In this document: positions 38,432 to 48,606 of the stretch, piece by piece | Position numbering within the stretch: the first letter of the stretch is position 1 | Layout of the letters: every line of letters begins with the position of its first letter | Virus record (IMG/VR): IMGVR_UViG_2526164690_000030 | Length of the DNA stretch: 54,025 nucleotides | DNA from: a virus | Lineage: Duplodnaviria; Heunggongvirae; Uroviricota; Caudoviricetes | Strand: one strand, 5' to 3' | The notes under the pieces: model-generated | The model's input: only the letters and a program-made list of their open reading frames with translations | What the model was told of the DNA's origin: nothing | Databases searched by the model: none | Program-made: the position numbers and the translations under genes

Positions 38432-38983
38432 ATGACACCAATTGAATTATTAGAAAGCGTTAAAGAGCGATTTAATCCGCTGCTTGTGCGTGAAGAAGAA
38501 ACGTTGAAAGCATTCCTGATCAAAGCTCTGACCACGTATCAGGACAGGGCAGGGGTAGTGAAAACGTTAAAACTTGAAAGAGCTGGTGGTACTGCAATCC
38601 CGTTGCCAGAAGATTATCTCTCTCTGGTTCATGTTACCGACAACAACGGCCTGTTGGTCTATTCGGATGAATTATCCGGCTTTATTGAATTAGAGCTAAC
38701 AGGTTCAGAACGCTGGCCTTTTCGAATGCTGTATCTGGTTAATCTACGCGACAGAAAGCTGGATGAATGGCAAGTGCCTCCTGCAATCATTGGAATGCTG
38801 GAGGAATATCTGGAGGCGCTTATCAACGTAAGAAATGTCGCCCGGCAGCGTAGAGCATCCATCGACGGGAAATTTGACTACTCCGATCTGCCCGATGAAG
38901 CCACGCTATATGCCCGCGTGCAGGAGATTGAGGAAAAAATGTCCTCAAACCGGGCCATTATTCCGGGGGCTACCATTTTTTAA
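38432..38983 (+). CDS. Hypothetical virion protein (183 aa)
   Basis: ORF only. Confidence 0.35.
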   Translation: MTPIELLESVKERFNPLLVREEETLKAFLIKALTTYQDRAGVVKTLKLERAGGTAIPLPEDYLSLVHVTDNNGLLVYSDELSGFIELELTGSERWPFRMLYLVNLRDRKLDEWQVPPAIIGMLEEYLEALINVRNVARQRRASIDGKFDYSDLPDEATLYARVQEIEEKMSSNRAIIPGATIF

Positions 38984-38998
38984 CGCTGGAGGCGCAGA

Positions 38999-39706
38999 GT
39001 GAGTATTTTCAGCAGCGTTGGTAGAACGTTGACCACCGCATTGTCATTTAACACGAAATCATTCACCAGCAACCTCATTAGCGACATTCTTGATAAAGCC
39101 ATATCAGGCGGCGGGGTAAGCGGGAATTACAGTAGCGATATTGCCTACGGGAAAAATATTGTTGCTGCCGCTATGCGTATCCGTTACGCCCAGGGGTGGC
39201 AGTGGACCGTTGAAGTGGATGGTCTGAACGGCTTCGATATGTTCGTGAAGGATATCACCTACAGCAGTGGGAACATCGAGACAGAAAGCAAGGTGATCGG
39301 CAGCGTAGAATTCAGCAAGCCAACCTATGTTAGCGCCGGACCGGTCACTATGACCGTGAGGGATACCGAAGATGGCAAGATCATGGACTGGTTCAAAGAG
39401 CGTCGTTCTCGTGTAACAAATCCTGATGGAACAATAAACCTTCCTCCTGAATATCTGATGAAAATCCGTGTCTACCGGGTGACTCAGGACGGCGGAAAAG
39501 AACTGGAAGAAGAAATGCGCGTATTTCCTACGCAACTTGGGGAAATCACACACTCACGTGATCAGGTGTCAGAGTTCTTGTCATACCCAATCACTTTCCA
39601 GAAATACACATCCGCAGGCTCAGGTGTTTCTGCTTTGGTCAACGGTGCCGCTGGCATGGCTACAAGTGCGTTAAAGGGGGCTGTGAGTGGAGTGATCAAA
39701 TTCTGA
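38999..39706 (+). CDS. Hypothetical virion protein (235 aa)
   Basis: ORF only. Confidence 0.35.
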   Translation: MSIFSSVGRTLTTALSFNTKSFTSNLISDILDKAISGGGVSGNYSSDIAYGKNIVAAAMRIRYAQGWQWTVEVDGLNGFDMFVKDITYSSGNIETESKVIGSVEFSKPTYVSAGPVTMTVRDTEDGKIMDWFKERRSRVTNPDGTINLPPEYLMKIRVYRVTQDGGKELEEEMRVFPTQLGEITHSRDQVSEFLSYPITFQKYTSAGSGVSALVNGAAGMATSALKGAVSGVIKF

Positions 39707-39795
39707 ATAGCTTTAATTATGTGTGCTGGAGGGTTGCTCATTTCCCGTCAGCACCCACGCCCTCAACGATAGCGGGTAGGGAAGGTAGCGCAATT

Positions 39796-40091
39796 TTGAG
39801 GGCATTTTTTACATCATCAATTCATCTGTAATGAAGGCATTCTTTACACATTTCAATAATATCAATCAGTTAACACAGTGAATGATAATAAAAAAGCGCA
39901 ATAAGAATGCACGATACGCACGATATTGGTTGAGGGTGATTTTTACATAACCCTTATATATCAATGCGTTATATAAAAACACAACTTGCTAATAACAAGA
40001 TACATGCAATTAAGATGTAAAAATTGCCCTCAATTGCCGATCGTTAAGGGCAAATTCTACACCTTGAGAAGGGTGTAAAAATTGCCCTTAA
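39796..40091. repeat. Iteron cluster downstream of rep (control locus), about 5 copies in both orientations of TGAGGGCA(A/T)TTTTTACA(T/C)C
   Basis: Copies at about 39796, 39931, 40014 (inverted), 40045, 40072 (inverted). Confidence 0.7.
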
Positions 40092-40876
40092 GATTGCTGA
40101 TAGGTAAATTTTATCCTGGTAACTTTGCCGCCTTCCGTCACCTCTGAGAAGACTATTTTCATTTTTGTATTTTTTTCAATCTCTGCTACAGCCTTCGTTA
40201 AAAAACTTCTCTTAAATTCGGCATACCGCTGATAGCTTTTTGGTAACCCATAACGCTCCCGCATCCATTCGACGCCAAGTATGGCAAAGCCGCTTCCATC
40301 ATCCTTCCTGTACTGGCATAAGGACTCATAAAGCCGCATAGAATAAGGATTTGTAAGGCGAGATACTTCGGTAAAATTCAGCCTTGTGAATCTCTTATCA
40401 AGCAGAGTAAAAAACGGCATGAGATATGGATTAAGATGAATAATGTAAGTCCCGCGCCGTGGTGAATAGGCATCCTTAATCATCCAAGGATAAGACTCAT
40501 AACTGTCTTCTGATTCGGTCGATTCATCAGGGTTATATATCGTAACTTTCTTCTCGCTAAGCCCTGAAATGGCCTTACGAATATCCTTGCTGGCTTCAGC
40601 AGAGGGCAAATTATACATCTCTGCATATTCGTTGACCGTCAACTCACAGGCACCTGAACCAAGAACGCCATCCTTAGAAGCATAGCGAAGTCTTCCCACC
40701 ACAATAAACAACAGTCGCTTTTGGTCGCGAGTCAGGTGATAAGCAGCCTCCGTGATCTCATTGGCTTGTGCCAAACTACGACTAATAGGTGTCGCTGACT
40801 CAATCAGGCTGACGGCTTTTGCTGTTAATTCCGCTCTGTTCATAACCCTGTGTGATCCTTCAAATGGTGAGGGCAA
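40088..40876 (-). CDS. Rep_3-family iteron-binding replication initiator (pSC101 RepA / F RepE type)
   Basis: PYLMPFFTLLDKRFTRLNFTEVSRLTNPYSMRLYESL matches the conserved Rep_3 C-terminal region; flanked by iterons; internal start MNRAEL also possible. Confidence 0.8.
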   Translation of the reverse strand: MPSPFEGSHRVMNRAELTAKAVSLIESATPISRSLAQANEITEAAYHLTRDQKRLLFIVVGRLRYASKDGVLGSGACELTVNEYAEMYNLPSAEASKDIRKAISGLSEKKVTIYNPDESTESEDSYESYPWMIKDAYSPRRGTYIIHLNPYLMPFFTLLDKRFTRLNFTEVSRLTNPYSMRLYESLCQYRKDDGSGFAILGVEWMRERYGLPKSYQRYAEFKRSFLTKAVAEIEKNTKMKIVFSEVTEGGKVTRIKFTYQQS

Positions 40877-41127
40877 TTTTTACATCACTTTGAGGGCAAT
40901 TACTACACCTTTTGAGGGCAAATCTTACACCTTTTGAGGGCAAATCTTACACCGCTCGTATTTAATTGAGGGCAAATCTTACACCAGCCTCCTCTACAGC
41001 CCGCGCCACTACTGGCTCCAGCGACGCCTAAAAAGGATCTAAAAAGGATTAAAAATGGAAAAAGGTTTATAAAAATACTCTGTGGATATGTGAGTAGCGT
41101 CACTTAAGGTGTAAAAATCACCCTCAA
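40868..41127. repeat. Origin iterons: 5 direct repeats TGAGGGCAAATCTTACACC at about 22-bp periodicity, plus inverted copy, AT-rich tract and DnaA-box-like ATATCCACA
   Basis: Iterons at 40868, 40891, 40913, 40935, 40967; inverted copy 41108-41126; ctgtggatat at about 41085. Confidence 0.75.
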
Positions 41128-41172
41128 TAATCGCTTCTCGACCGGCAAAGATCTTCATTCAATCCCCATCGC

Positions 41173-41193
41173 AAATCACACACTCCCTATCCT
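41173..41193 (+). promoter_or_regulatory. Candidate late-type promoter (AAATCACACACT ... TATCCT)
   Basis: Variant of the recurring AAATCACAAA element upstream of ORF 41232. Confidence 0.3.
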
Positions 41194-41231
41194 CTGGAAA
41201 ATGAACAGATACCTGCTTTTCGGAGGAATAA

Positions 41232-42053
41232 TTGAACATTCCAAAATTCCCATTGCCTTCCCGTCCTGAGACAGAAATTCAGTTCCACGCCCCTACCGTG
41301 AAGGATGCGCTGAAATATTCTGACCTGAACCCGGCAGAAGATGAGGCAACTACTACAGAGTACCTTAACTCTATGCAGGATGGTGAAATTAACGACAGTG
41401 CTAACTGGACAGTTCAGGATCGCAGAACTGCTCTTTGGTGGATATTTGTTAATTCGCGCCCCGATGCAGTAATGACCTACTCCTATGAGTGCAGTCACTG
41501 CGGTAATACGCATCATGCAGATATTAACCTGAGCGACCTGGCCCAAACAGTAGAAATACTCACTGTACCTCCTTACGTGAAAACCAACGTACCAGTAAAT
41601 GGAGTACCAACTGACTGGATACTTAAACCATTAACCGGGAAAGGCGCGGAACTCCTTGAACGAATGCGAGCGTCACTTCCTGATATGAAAAGCCCCGAAT
41701 ACAGTGCAGGCGTGGCCCGTATGCGCATTGCAGAACTCGCTTTATGCACGGCACTGGACGACGATCCGGAAGACTTCACTCAAGCAGCTAACCGACGCTT
41801 CGACATCATTGAAAGCATGGCGCTTGAAACCGAGTTTACACCGCTTGTGGCTCGCATACAGCTTATGCAAAAAGACCTACGCCACGGCCTGAAAATGTCT
41901 ATTGAGAGAGGCACAAGCCGACTGATCCTGCCTCCGCAACATTGCAAAAACGCTAAGGAGGGTGCAGATGTGACAACCACACTGTACGTCCCCTTTCTCA
42001 ATAGAGAGTTTATCCCATCAATTAGATCTGAATGGATGGCTAACCATTATTAA
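41232..42053 (+). CDS. Hypothetical phage protein (273 aa; TTG start in track)
   Basis: ORF only. Confidence 0.35.
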   Translation: MNIPKFPLPSRPETEIQFHAPTVKDALKYSDLNPAEDEATTTEYLNSMQDGEINDSANWTVQDRRTALWWIFVNSRPDAVMTYSYECSHCGNTHHADINLSDLAQTVEILTVPPYVKTNVPVNGVPTDWILKPLTGKGAELLERMRASLPDMKSPEYSAGVARMRIAELALCTALDDDPEDFTQAANRRFDIIESMALETEFTPLVARIQLMQKDLRHGLKMSIERGTSRLILPPQHCKNAKEGADVTTTLYVPFLNREFIPSIRSEWMANHY

Positions 42054-42067
42054 CAACCTGACTCTAT

Positions 42068-43354
42068 ATGGATATCAGCCCGTTAGCGACGTTGAACAAT
42101 TACCGCAATGGCGAGCACTCCATATGTCAAAAGCCCTGGAAGAAAAATACAAAGCTCAAGCCGGGAAACGTTGATCGCGCTGGTAAAAGAGAGGTTATTT
42201 TGAAAGAGAATAAAGACCGTATCGCAATAATTGACGCTATTCAGGAAGCGAGCACAAACGAACTTAAAGCTCTTGCTGAGGTAAAAGACGCCATTCTTTC
42301 TGGGGCAAGCACCATAACTCAACAGGACGAAAGGCAAGGCAGAGTTAGCAACAGACTATCACGCAGGCGTAAAGAGTACGAGCAAAGTACATCTGATAGC
42401 GTTAGAGATGTCCAAACTAACCCATATAAAAAACGTCTCCCTGCTAAAAAGGAGAGGGCACCGATAAACCAAACCGTGGACCGCTCTATCGTTGCAACGA
42501 ACACACCAGAAAGTGTTCGCTCCGTGCAATCACGTCAGACCATCCGAAAATCGGACGGTTTTATACCGGTAGCTGCTAATTCAGCCCCTCTTGAACCACA
42601 ATCCCCCCAAAGTCTAAAAGGCCCGCTGCGGGATAGTAATGGACGTTTTGTATCCCAAAAAAGCAATGAGGATGTAGCCAGAAAAAAAGAATTGCAGAAC
42701 GCACGTAAAGCCGACGCAAAATTACAAGCTGGCTTTCTCAGAAAGCTAGGTTCCATTATGGGGGTAGATGGCAATCGGTCTTCCAGTGAAGAGTCTTTAA
42801 CAAATGCAGCTGGTATCGGTGCTGGTGGGCCGTTCTGGATGGCGGCTCGTGGCATGTACGACATAACTAAAGAGATCACAGGTAAAGCAGAATCTCTTAA
42901 AGAATGGGTAGAAAAGGGGAAAAAAGAAACATCAACCTCGAAAGCAATATCACCAGTAATTACTTATCTGGCGGCGGTGAATTCTCAAAAAGCAACATCT
43001 GCAAAAGCGTTCAATAACGCTGTTGAGACAAAATCCGCACAAGCAGTAGAAGAGCAAACCAAAATCCTTCAGACCAATGACAACAAAATAATTGATGGTC
43101 TGGAAAATGTTTCTGACGAGATAGTTAAGCTTCGGAAATCAGTGTCTTCTGGAAATAAGTTCGGCTTAAGTGATCTCTGGAAAAATCGAGCAAGCAGAAG
43201 AAATAAAATCAATATTGGTGATCAGACGGGAAAAATAAACGGAACAAATCGAAAAGGAAAGGACGCAATCTTGGGAAAAAAGCACTCTCCGCTGGCGAAA
43301 AAGTTGCTGCCGGTAGCGCTGCGGCTGGCACTGGTGTCGGAGCAGCAAAAGTAG
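42068..43354 (+). CDS. Tape-measure-like / injection protein, N-terminal ORF
   Basis: Lys/Ala/Ser-rich low-complexity protein upstream of baseplate genes. Confidence 0.35.
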   Translation: MDISPLATLNNYRNGEHSICQKPWKKNTKLKPGNVDRAGKREVILKENKDRIAIIDAIQEASTNELKALAEVKDAILSGASTITQQDERQGRVSNRLSRRRKEYEQSTSDSVRDVQTNPYKKRLPAKKERAPINQTVDRSIVATNTPESVRSVQSRQTIRKSDGFIPVAANSAPLEPQSPQSLKGPLRDSNGRFVSQKSNEDVARKKELQNARKADAKLQAGFLRKLGSIMGVDGNRSSSEESLTNAAGIGAGGPFWMAARGMYDITKEITGKAESLKEWVEKGKKETSTSKAISPVITYLAAVNSQKATSAKAFNNAVETKSAQAVEEQTKILQTNDNKIIDGLENVSDEIVKLRKSVSSGNKFGLSDLWKNRASRRNKINIGDQTGKINGTNRKGKDAILGKKHSPLAKKLLPVALRLALVSEQQK

Positions 43355-43446
43355 TTAAAAATAAGATCAGCAAACCCAAAGATGTAAGCACTATCAGCGA
43401 TACATCAAAGGGGATTGCAAAGGAAACAAAAAATACTGCTAAGGCC

Positions 43447-45849
43447 GTGAAGTCAGCTGGTGTTGTGGCTGAAGATGCCACCATTAAAACCGGCGAAGCC
43501 ATTGCAAAGAAAAAAACTGAATCTGTAGCCCTCAAAAGTGCTGCAAAAATAGGTGTTAAATCAGCAGCATCCACAGCGGCAAGAGCGGTCCCTATCATCG
43601 GTTCGCTGGCAATGGCTGGATATGACGCCATAGATGGTTACACAGATACAGAGGCGCAAAAGGCAGCCTTTGGTTTAAGTGACGATGATGCTGTATCCGA
43701 ACAGCAAAAAACGGCTTACGCAACAGCTAATGTGCTCGATATGGGGGGCTTGGTGTCGGGCGCAACGAACTTGATAGGGAAAGGAATTTCTGCGCTAGGA
43801 TTTGAAAGAGCAGGTGAAAAACTTCAGAATTTTGATACCGGAGATATTGCTCGTGGTGTTAACGGCGCGGTAGATATCACCAAATCTGTTTTTGGTAGCC
43901 TTAAGGATACATTTTTATCCACTGACGAAAACACGAAACAAGTAAAAAAAGCTGTTGAAGACGGCACCAAAAAAACTGTCGATGCGATTCATTCTCTAGG
44001 TGAACAATTACAAGGTGGGCGTAATGGCGAGGATGGAGTTGGTGAGCACGGGTATACTTCTCCAACTGAATTTAGTGCACCTGTCAACAACACCATTGCA
44101 GCGGATCTGAATATTGGCGGCAGCAACGCTAAAAACCGCAATTACCGGAATAATAATCTCGGCAACCTTGTTTTCGCTAATCAGGAAGGGGCGACGCTGG
44201 AAGCACCAAATGCAAAAGGTGAACAACGTTTTGCGCGATTTAACACGCCTGAAGAAGGGATCAGGGCGCTGGCAAACCAGGTGTCAAGCTATTACAACGG
44301 CACCAGCGCCGCTGCTGGGTATCAGAAGCTACAGACGGTATCCAGTATTATTTCCAAATGGGCACCCCCAAAGGAGAACAATACTAATCAATATATTGAT
44401 AACGTCAGCAAATATCTTGGCGTCTCGCCTAATGAAAAAATAGACGTCAGCAACCCAGAGGTTATGACGCAATTAGTTCGTGCAATAGCGACGAAAGAAG
44501 GTGGAAACCCGGCGGTTAACAATGAGTTCATAAAGAATGCTCTTGGGGCATTTAATACAAATACTGGTCGATGGGAGGGACAATTCTCTGACGAAACATT
44601 GGCGCGGATTAATAAAATTCAGAAAGAAAATGGTGGTCAGCTAATTGCCCGCGATTCGCAATATAGTGTTGGTCGCAAGGTAAAATATGCTAATGGAAAA
44701 TCTCCAGCTCAACCAGTTTTGAATGCCGTTCCGACAGCAACACAACAGCCAATTGAGGTTGCACAACATGCTCAGACAGTCAAAAAGCCACAAAAAACAG
44801 GCAATCAATCGCAACCGATAAATCCAGAGAATGTTGATGTTAATACTGGCTCGCCATCAAGTCTGCTTGAGAGATTAATCGCTATAAATGACAGCGGGGT
44901 AGGTAATTTATTTGGAGGTGCGGCTACCAGCCTTGCTGGTACAAGCCTTGGCCTGATTAAGGATTTTGCGTCGGCGACTTCGTTTGGTTCTATATCTTCG
45001 CTTTCCGAAAAAGCGAAAGGAATGGATCAGGCTCTTACTGAAAAGATATCCAGCTTAACCGGTAAATCTTTTGGATTTCAAAAAGCAAGCCAGGTAACTG
45101 ATATAAGAGACGCTTTACAAAAAAGACCAAAAGCTGAACGCGATATGCCTTCAGTGGATCTTCTCTCCGGTGTTTCTTCGGCAGGTGAGAGTGAAAAAAT
45201 CTCTGTAAACTCAAGGGGGATTCCAGTTTATGACAATGGATACAAGGTAATTGATGGTGAAGATAAGGGGGTGCTTGGCTCTTTATTTGACTCGTCATTA
45301 ACAGGTCTGAAACGTATTAGCTCTGCTGTGTTACCTGCAATTGGCGATAACGTTTCGCAACTTATTGGTGGGGTAGATGGCACAGGCATTGTTAATGATT
45401 TGGTTTATCAGGCTACTGGGCAGAACTCAACAATTGCCAGGGCTATTAGCCCGCTTACCAGGAGCGCCGGTAGTTGGCTGAATAATGGTATTCAACAAAC
45501 CGCAGATAGCATTAGAGGTATATCAAACGAAGCCAATAATGCCATATTTGGCTCTGCGTCAGCCGAGCAAGAACCTTTTCTTGCTTTGCCACCACAGCTT
45601 CCTACTGTAACAGATCTCGCACGAAGCGGAATAAGACAACCATTAACTACTGACACTATAAATAACGATCCTGCTATGTTGAAGGCGCTGGATAACATCT
45701 GCTCTATCCTGAACGATCTTCTGAATGTGAACAAGAACAATACAAAAGGCGATCCGGATAAGGTTGTCAAAACATCGCAGCCGCAACCGCGACCACGTGC
45801 TAGCACAACTATTAATGACCCGTCGCTGGATGCTCTGCTTGAGGATTAA
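43447..45849 (+). CDS. Tape-measure-like / injection protein, C-terminal ORF (800 aa)
   Basis: Ala/Gly/Ser-rich repetitive protein directly upstream of the baseplate W-like gene; no transglycosylase catalytic motif recognised. Confidence 0.4.
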   Translation: MKSAGVVAEDATIKTGEAIAKKKTESVALKSAAKIGVKSAASTAARAVPIIGSLAMAGYDAIDGYTDTEAQKAAFGLSDDDAVSEQQKTAYATANVLDMGGLVSGATNLIGKGISALGFERAGEKLQNFDTGDIARGVNGAVDITKSVFGSLKDTFLSTDENTKQVKKAVEDGTKKTVDAIHSLGEQLQGGRNGEDGVGEHGYTSPTEFSAPVNNTIAADLNIGGSNAKNRNYRNNNLGNLVFANQEGATLEAPNAKGEQRFARFNTPEEGIRALANQVSSYYNGTSAAAGYQKLQTVSSIISKWAPPKENNTNQYIDNVSKYLGVSPNEKIDVSNPEVMTQLVRAIATKEGGNPAVNNEFIKNALGAFNTNTGRWEGQFSDETLARINKIQKENGGQLIARDSQYSVGRKVKYANGKSPAQPVLNAVPTATQQPIEVAQHAQTVKKPQKTGNQSQPINPENVDVNTGSPSSLLERLIAINDSGVGNLFGGAATSLAGTSLGLIKDFASATSFGSISSLSEKAKGMDQALTEKISSLTGKSFGFQKASQVTDIRDALQKRPKAERDMPSVDLLSGVSSAGESEKISVNSRGIPVYDNGYKVIDGEDKGVLGSLFDSSLTGLKRISSAVLPAIGDNVSQLIGGVDGTGIVNDLVYQATGQNSTIARAISPLTRSAGSWLNNGIQQTADSIRGISNEANNAIFGSASAEQEPFLALPPQLPTVTDLARSGIRQPLTTDTINNDPAMLKALDNICSILNDLLNVNKNNTKGDPDKVVKTSQPQPRPRASTTINDPSLDALLED

Positions 45850-45854
45850 TACAG

Positions 45855-46229
45855 ATGCTTTATGAAATAGACGCAAGACTTCAAACGAATGAGAGCGGTG
45901 TCATTATTGCAGAAGGAAGTACCGCAGCATGGATGGCCCGACTTGACGAGTGGCTACGAACCCCTGAAGGGAGTGTTTATGGTTTACCCTCTTGGGGGAA
46001 TCCAATGGAAGAATTTAAGCATGAACCATTCGGCTCTGAAACTTCGCACATAGTTGAAGTGGCTATTGAAGGGAGAATGATGAAAAAACTACGACAAGAC
46101 TTGCCAGGTTTGGATGTGCAGGGGATTCGTTGCACATCAATTTCTGAAGATTCTTTATTAATTAGTTTTTATGCGAAAGGTGGGAGCATGGATATTGTTA
46201 TGCAGAAATCAAGTGGGGTGGGCGCGTGA
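45855..46229 (+). CDS. Baseplate wedge protein (gpW / gp25-like)
   Basis: 124 aa; position and size; overlaps next gene start. Confidence 0.4.
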   Translation: MLYEIDARLQTNESGVIIAEGSTAAWMARLDEWLRTPEGSVYGLPSWGNPMEEFKHEPFGSETSHIVEVAIEGRMMKKLRQDLPGLDVQGIRCTSISEDSLLISFYAKGGSMDIVMQKSSGVGA

Positions 46230-47656
46230 CGATTACAGAATTACTGGACAAATTTAATGCCAAGTTAAATGAAAACACATGGTGGTCACGATTTGTAAAT
46301 AGTCAGTTTGTGCAGATGCACGCTATATTCGGATCACAGCTTATTTATATTGCCCGTACATTTGCAAGCCGCGGCCTCACTGAGGGACTTATTTCAACGG
46401 CTACGCGCCGCTCAAGTATTTTAGCGGTTGCTGAAGACCGTAGCTACGTAGGGCGATTTGTTAGTGCTTCATACGGAACAACGTCTATAACCAATAAAAC
46501 TGATCGGGATATTACGTTACCAGCCGGGGCTGAATTGCTTGCCAATGACCAAACACCTTTGGCAATTATTAACAGTGTTGTAATTCCTGCTGGAGGAACT
46601 GTTTCTGGCGTAGAAACTAAACAGCATGAAGCTGTTAGCGTTACATTTGATATTGAGAAGGAAACTTTATTTCTGACATTGTTGCTTTCCAGAGAGTTAA
46701 CAAAAGAAGTCTCTAGCCTGGATGTTTATGTTATTACAGATGGCGTAGAAGAAAAATGGACATATAACCCATTATTTAGAATGTCCAGATACAAGAGTAA
46801 GCACTATTCATTGGCATATAAACCTACAGAACAACTTGGAGTCAAGTTTGGTGATGGTTCTATGGGTATGATGCCTCCAGCAGGCTGTCAGGTTCGAATC
46901 GATGTTATGGCTAGCCTTGGCGACTATACTTTGGCTGAAGGACAAAAGTTAGAACCGGCTGGAAATATCGCTCAATATGTGGAGTCACTAGAGTTTAAAA
47001 CTGATTCGATCATTACCGGTGGTAGTGGTATGGAAACTACAGAAGAAACTCGAAATCGTGCTCAGTATTATGTTGCATACGATGAACAAGTGGTATGGGG
47101 CGGTGATTATCGCCAATTCATTCAGAATGTTGTTCATGGAACTTCATGGTTGAACGTTTGGGGCGAAGCGTTACAAGAGAAAATAACTGGGTTTGACGTT
47201 CGAAACATCAACAAAATTTTCTTTTGCGGACATAAGCCGGGTGTAAGCCAGGCTCAGCTAAAATCAGAAATACTGAAAGCTCTAGAGAATGTTCCAAATG
47301 AGTTAAACAAGCGGTTCGAGTATGTAGATACAAATGAACAGCCATTTACTATAAATTTTATAGGTATTGCACGTAAAAATGTTCTGATAGACGATGCTCA
47401 AAATGCTATTAAAGCAGCGTTGGAAGATAATTTTGGTCGTGATTCGTCATCATTCAGTTTATTACTACAGAGTGATGATGATTCCCAGCAATGTTATGCA
47501 CAGGTAAAAGTTAAAGATATTTGGCGAGTAATAGAGTCTCTGGATATGTTTCTGTCTTACGACATAACAATACAAAATATGAAAGATGCTGTTTACTTTA
47601 ATGACTTCATTTATCTTGACGTGAAATCTTCAACGTTCAGCATTTCTTACCCGTAA
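46226..47656 (+). CDS. Baseplate J-like protein
   Basis: 476 aa following the W-like gene with 4-bp overlap. Confidence 0.4.
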   Translation: MTITELLDKFNAKLNENTWWSRFVNSQFVQMHAIFGSQLIYIARTFASRGLTEGLISTATRRSSILAVAEDRSYVGRFVSASYGTTSITNKTDRDITLPAGAELLANDQTPLAIINSVVIPAGGTVSGVETKQHEAVSVTFDIEKETLFLTLLLSRELTKEVSSLDVYVITDGVEEKWTYNPLFRMSRYKSKHYSLAYKPTEQLGVKFGDGSMGMMPPAGCQVRIDVMASLGDYTLAEGQKLEPAGNIAQYVESLEFKTDSIITGGSGMETTEETRNRAQYYVAYDEQVVWGGDYRQFIQNVVHGTSWLNVWGEALQEKITGFDVRNINKIFFCGHKPGVSQAQLKSEILKALENVPNELNKRFEYVDTNEQPFTINFIGIARKNVLIDDAQNAIKAALEDNFGRDSSSFSLLLQSDDDSQQCYAQVKVKDIWRVIESLDMFLSYDITIQNMKDAVYFNDFIYLDVKSSTFSISYP

Positions 47657-47666
47657 TGAGGTTAGC

Positions 47667-48512
47667 ATGAAAGATAATTGGCTTAAGGAACGATTAACTA
47701 AAGTAAAACAGGATTCCCATCTCTGGAGTGCCTTTATAGACGCTTTGCAAGATGTCTGGAATGAGGCAGTAGAACCAATATTAACAAGAATAAGTAACAG
47801 AAAATCCTTCTTCACTATGGACAGTGAGGATATGGATGCCCGCATTGCTGAATACGGGCGTTTTTTCGTTATCACTGAAAAAGATAAGGCCCGTAGGCCA
47901 ATGCTGCTGGCGCAACGTTTAGATGAAGTGCACTTTAAAGGCACTATCTTGCCTATTGAGCAGACATTCTGGCGTGAATTCGGTTGTATTCCTGTTAGTT
48001 GGGAACCGCTATATGCACCTGTAAATATAGAAAAACACCCCTATGGTTCATATTTTGCGACCGAAATAGAAATACCTACGGCACAGGCTCAATTCGGTGA
48101 GTTCTTCCTGACATCAAGGGGGCTGGTCGTTGTTGATCAGAACAAGCTATATCGCTCATATGGAGAGCAGGATAAAGAAGCCGCTGTGCAGAAATTGTTA
48201 TCTGACTTCGAAACAGTAATAGCCCCTTTGTTGCCATTGCATATTGTTTTTGATGGCGTCTCGTTTCGGCTTAGTGCTGTATTCCCTGAAGTGGCAGAAA
48301 TACTAAATTGCTTGTCTACGGATGTTTCGGTAATTGAAGGTGTTTATGTTACTGAGAGTATGGCTGATATGCTATCCCGTAGTGATACCTCCTGCCAGGT
48401 AGACAATATTTCTCTTAACGCCATACCGAACCGAACGGCAGAAAAGCAATTACATCTTGATGTAACCCCACTCGATGCGTGGCCTTTGGATTACCACCTT
48501 CAACCTGTTTAA
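47667..48512 (+). CDS. Baseplate/tail protein (gpI-like or P1 gp16-like)
   Basis: Synteny W-J-I-fibre. Confidence 0.3.
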   Translation: MKDNWLKERLTKVKQDSHLWSAFIDALQDVWNEAVEPILTRISNRKSFFTMDSEDMDARIAEYGRFFVITEKDKARRPMLLAQRLDEVHFKGTILPIEQTFWREFGCIPVSWEPLYAPVNIEKHPYGSYFATEIEIPTAQAQFGEFFLTSRGLVVVDQNKLYRSYGEQDKEAAVQKLLSDFETVIAPLLPLHIVFDGVSFRLSAVFPEVAEILNCLSTDVSVIEGVYVTESMADMLSRSDTSCQVDNISLNAIPNRTAEKQLHLDVTPLDAWPLDYHLQPV

Positions 48513-48547
48513 TAATTCTTCCCCCGCATTTGGGGGAAGAACAACGG

Positions 48548-48569
48548 AAATCACAAACTGAGCATACTC
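48548..48569 (+). promoter_or_regulatory. Candidate late-type promoter upstream of tail-fibre operon (AAATCACAAACTG ... CATACT)
   Basis: 15-nt identity GGAAATCACAAACTG with the element at 13416-13430. Confidence 0.45.
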
Positions 48570-48606
48570 TCCTTTGGTTCATTGCTTATGAAGGGGCTAT
48601 GTTCGT

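Noticed and set aside
39104..39553. 149-aa minus-strand ORF inside gene 38999..39706
   Set aside because: Antisense overlap without RBS; the plus-strand gene is preferred by operon context.
43209..43631. 140-aa minus-strand ORF across the gap between the two tape-measure-like ORFs
   Set aside because: Ala-rich antisense frame of a low-complexity coding region.
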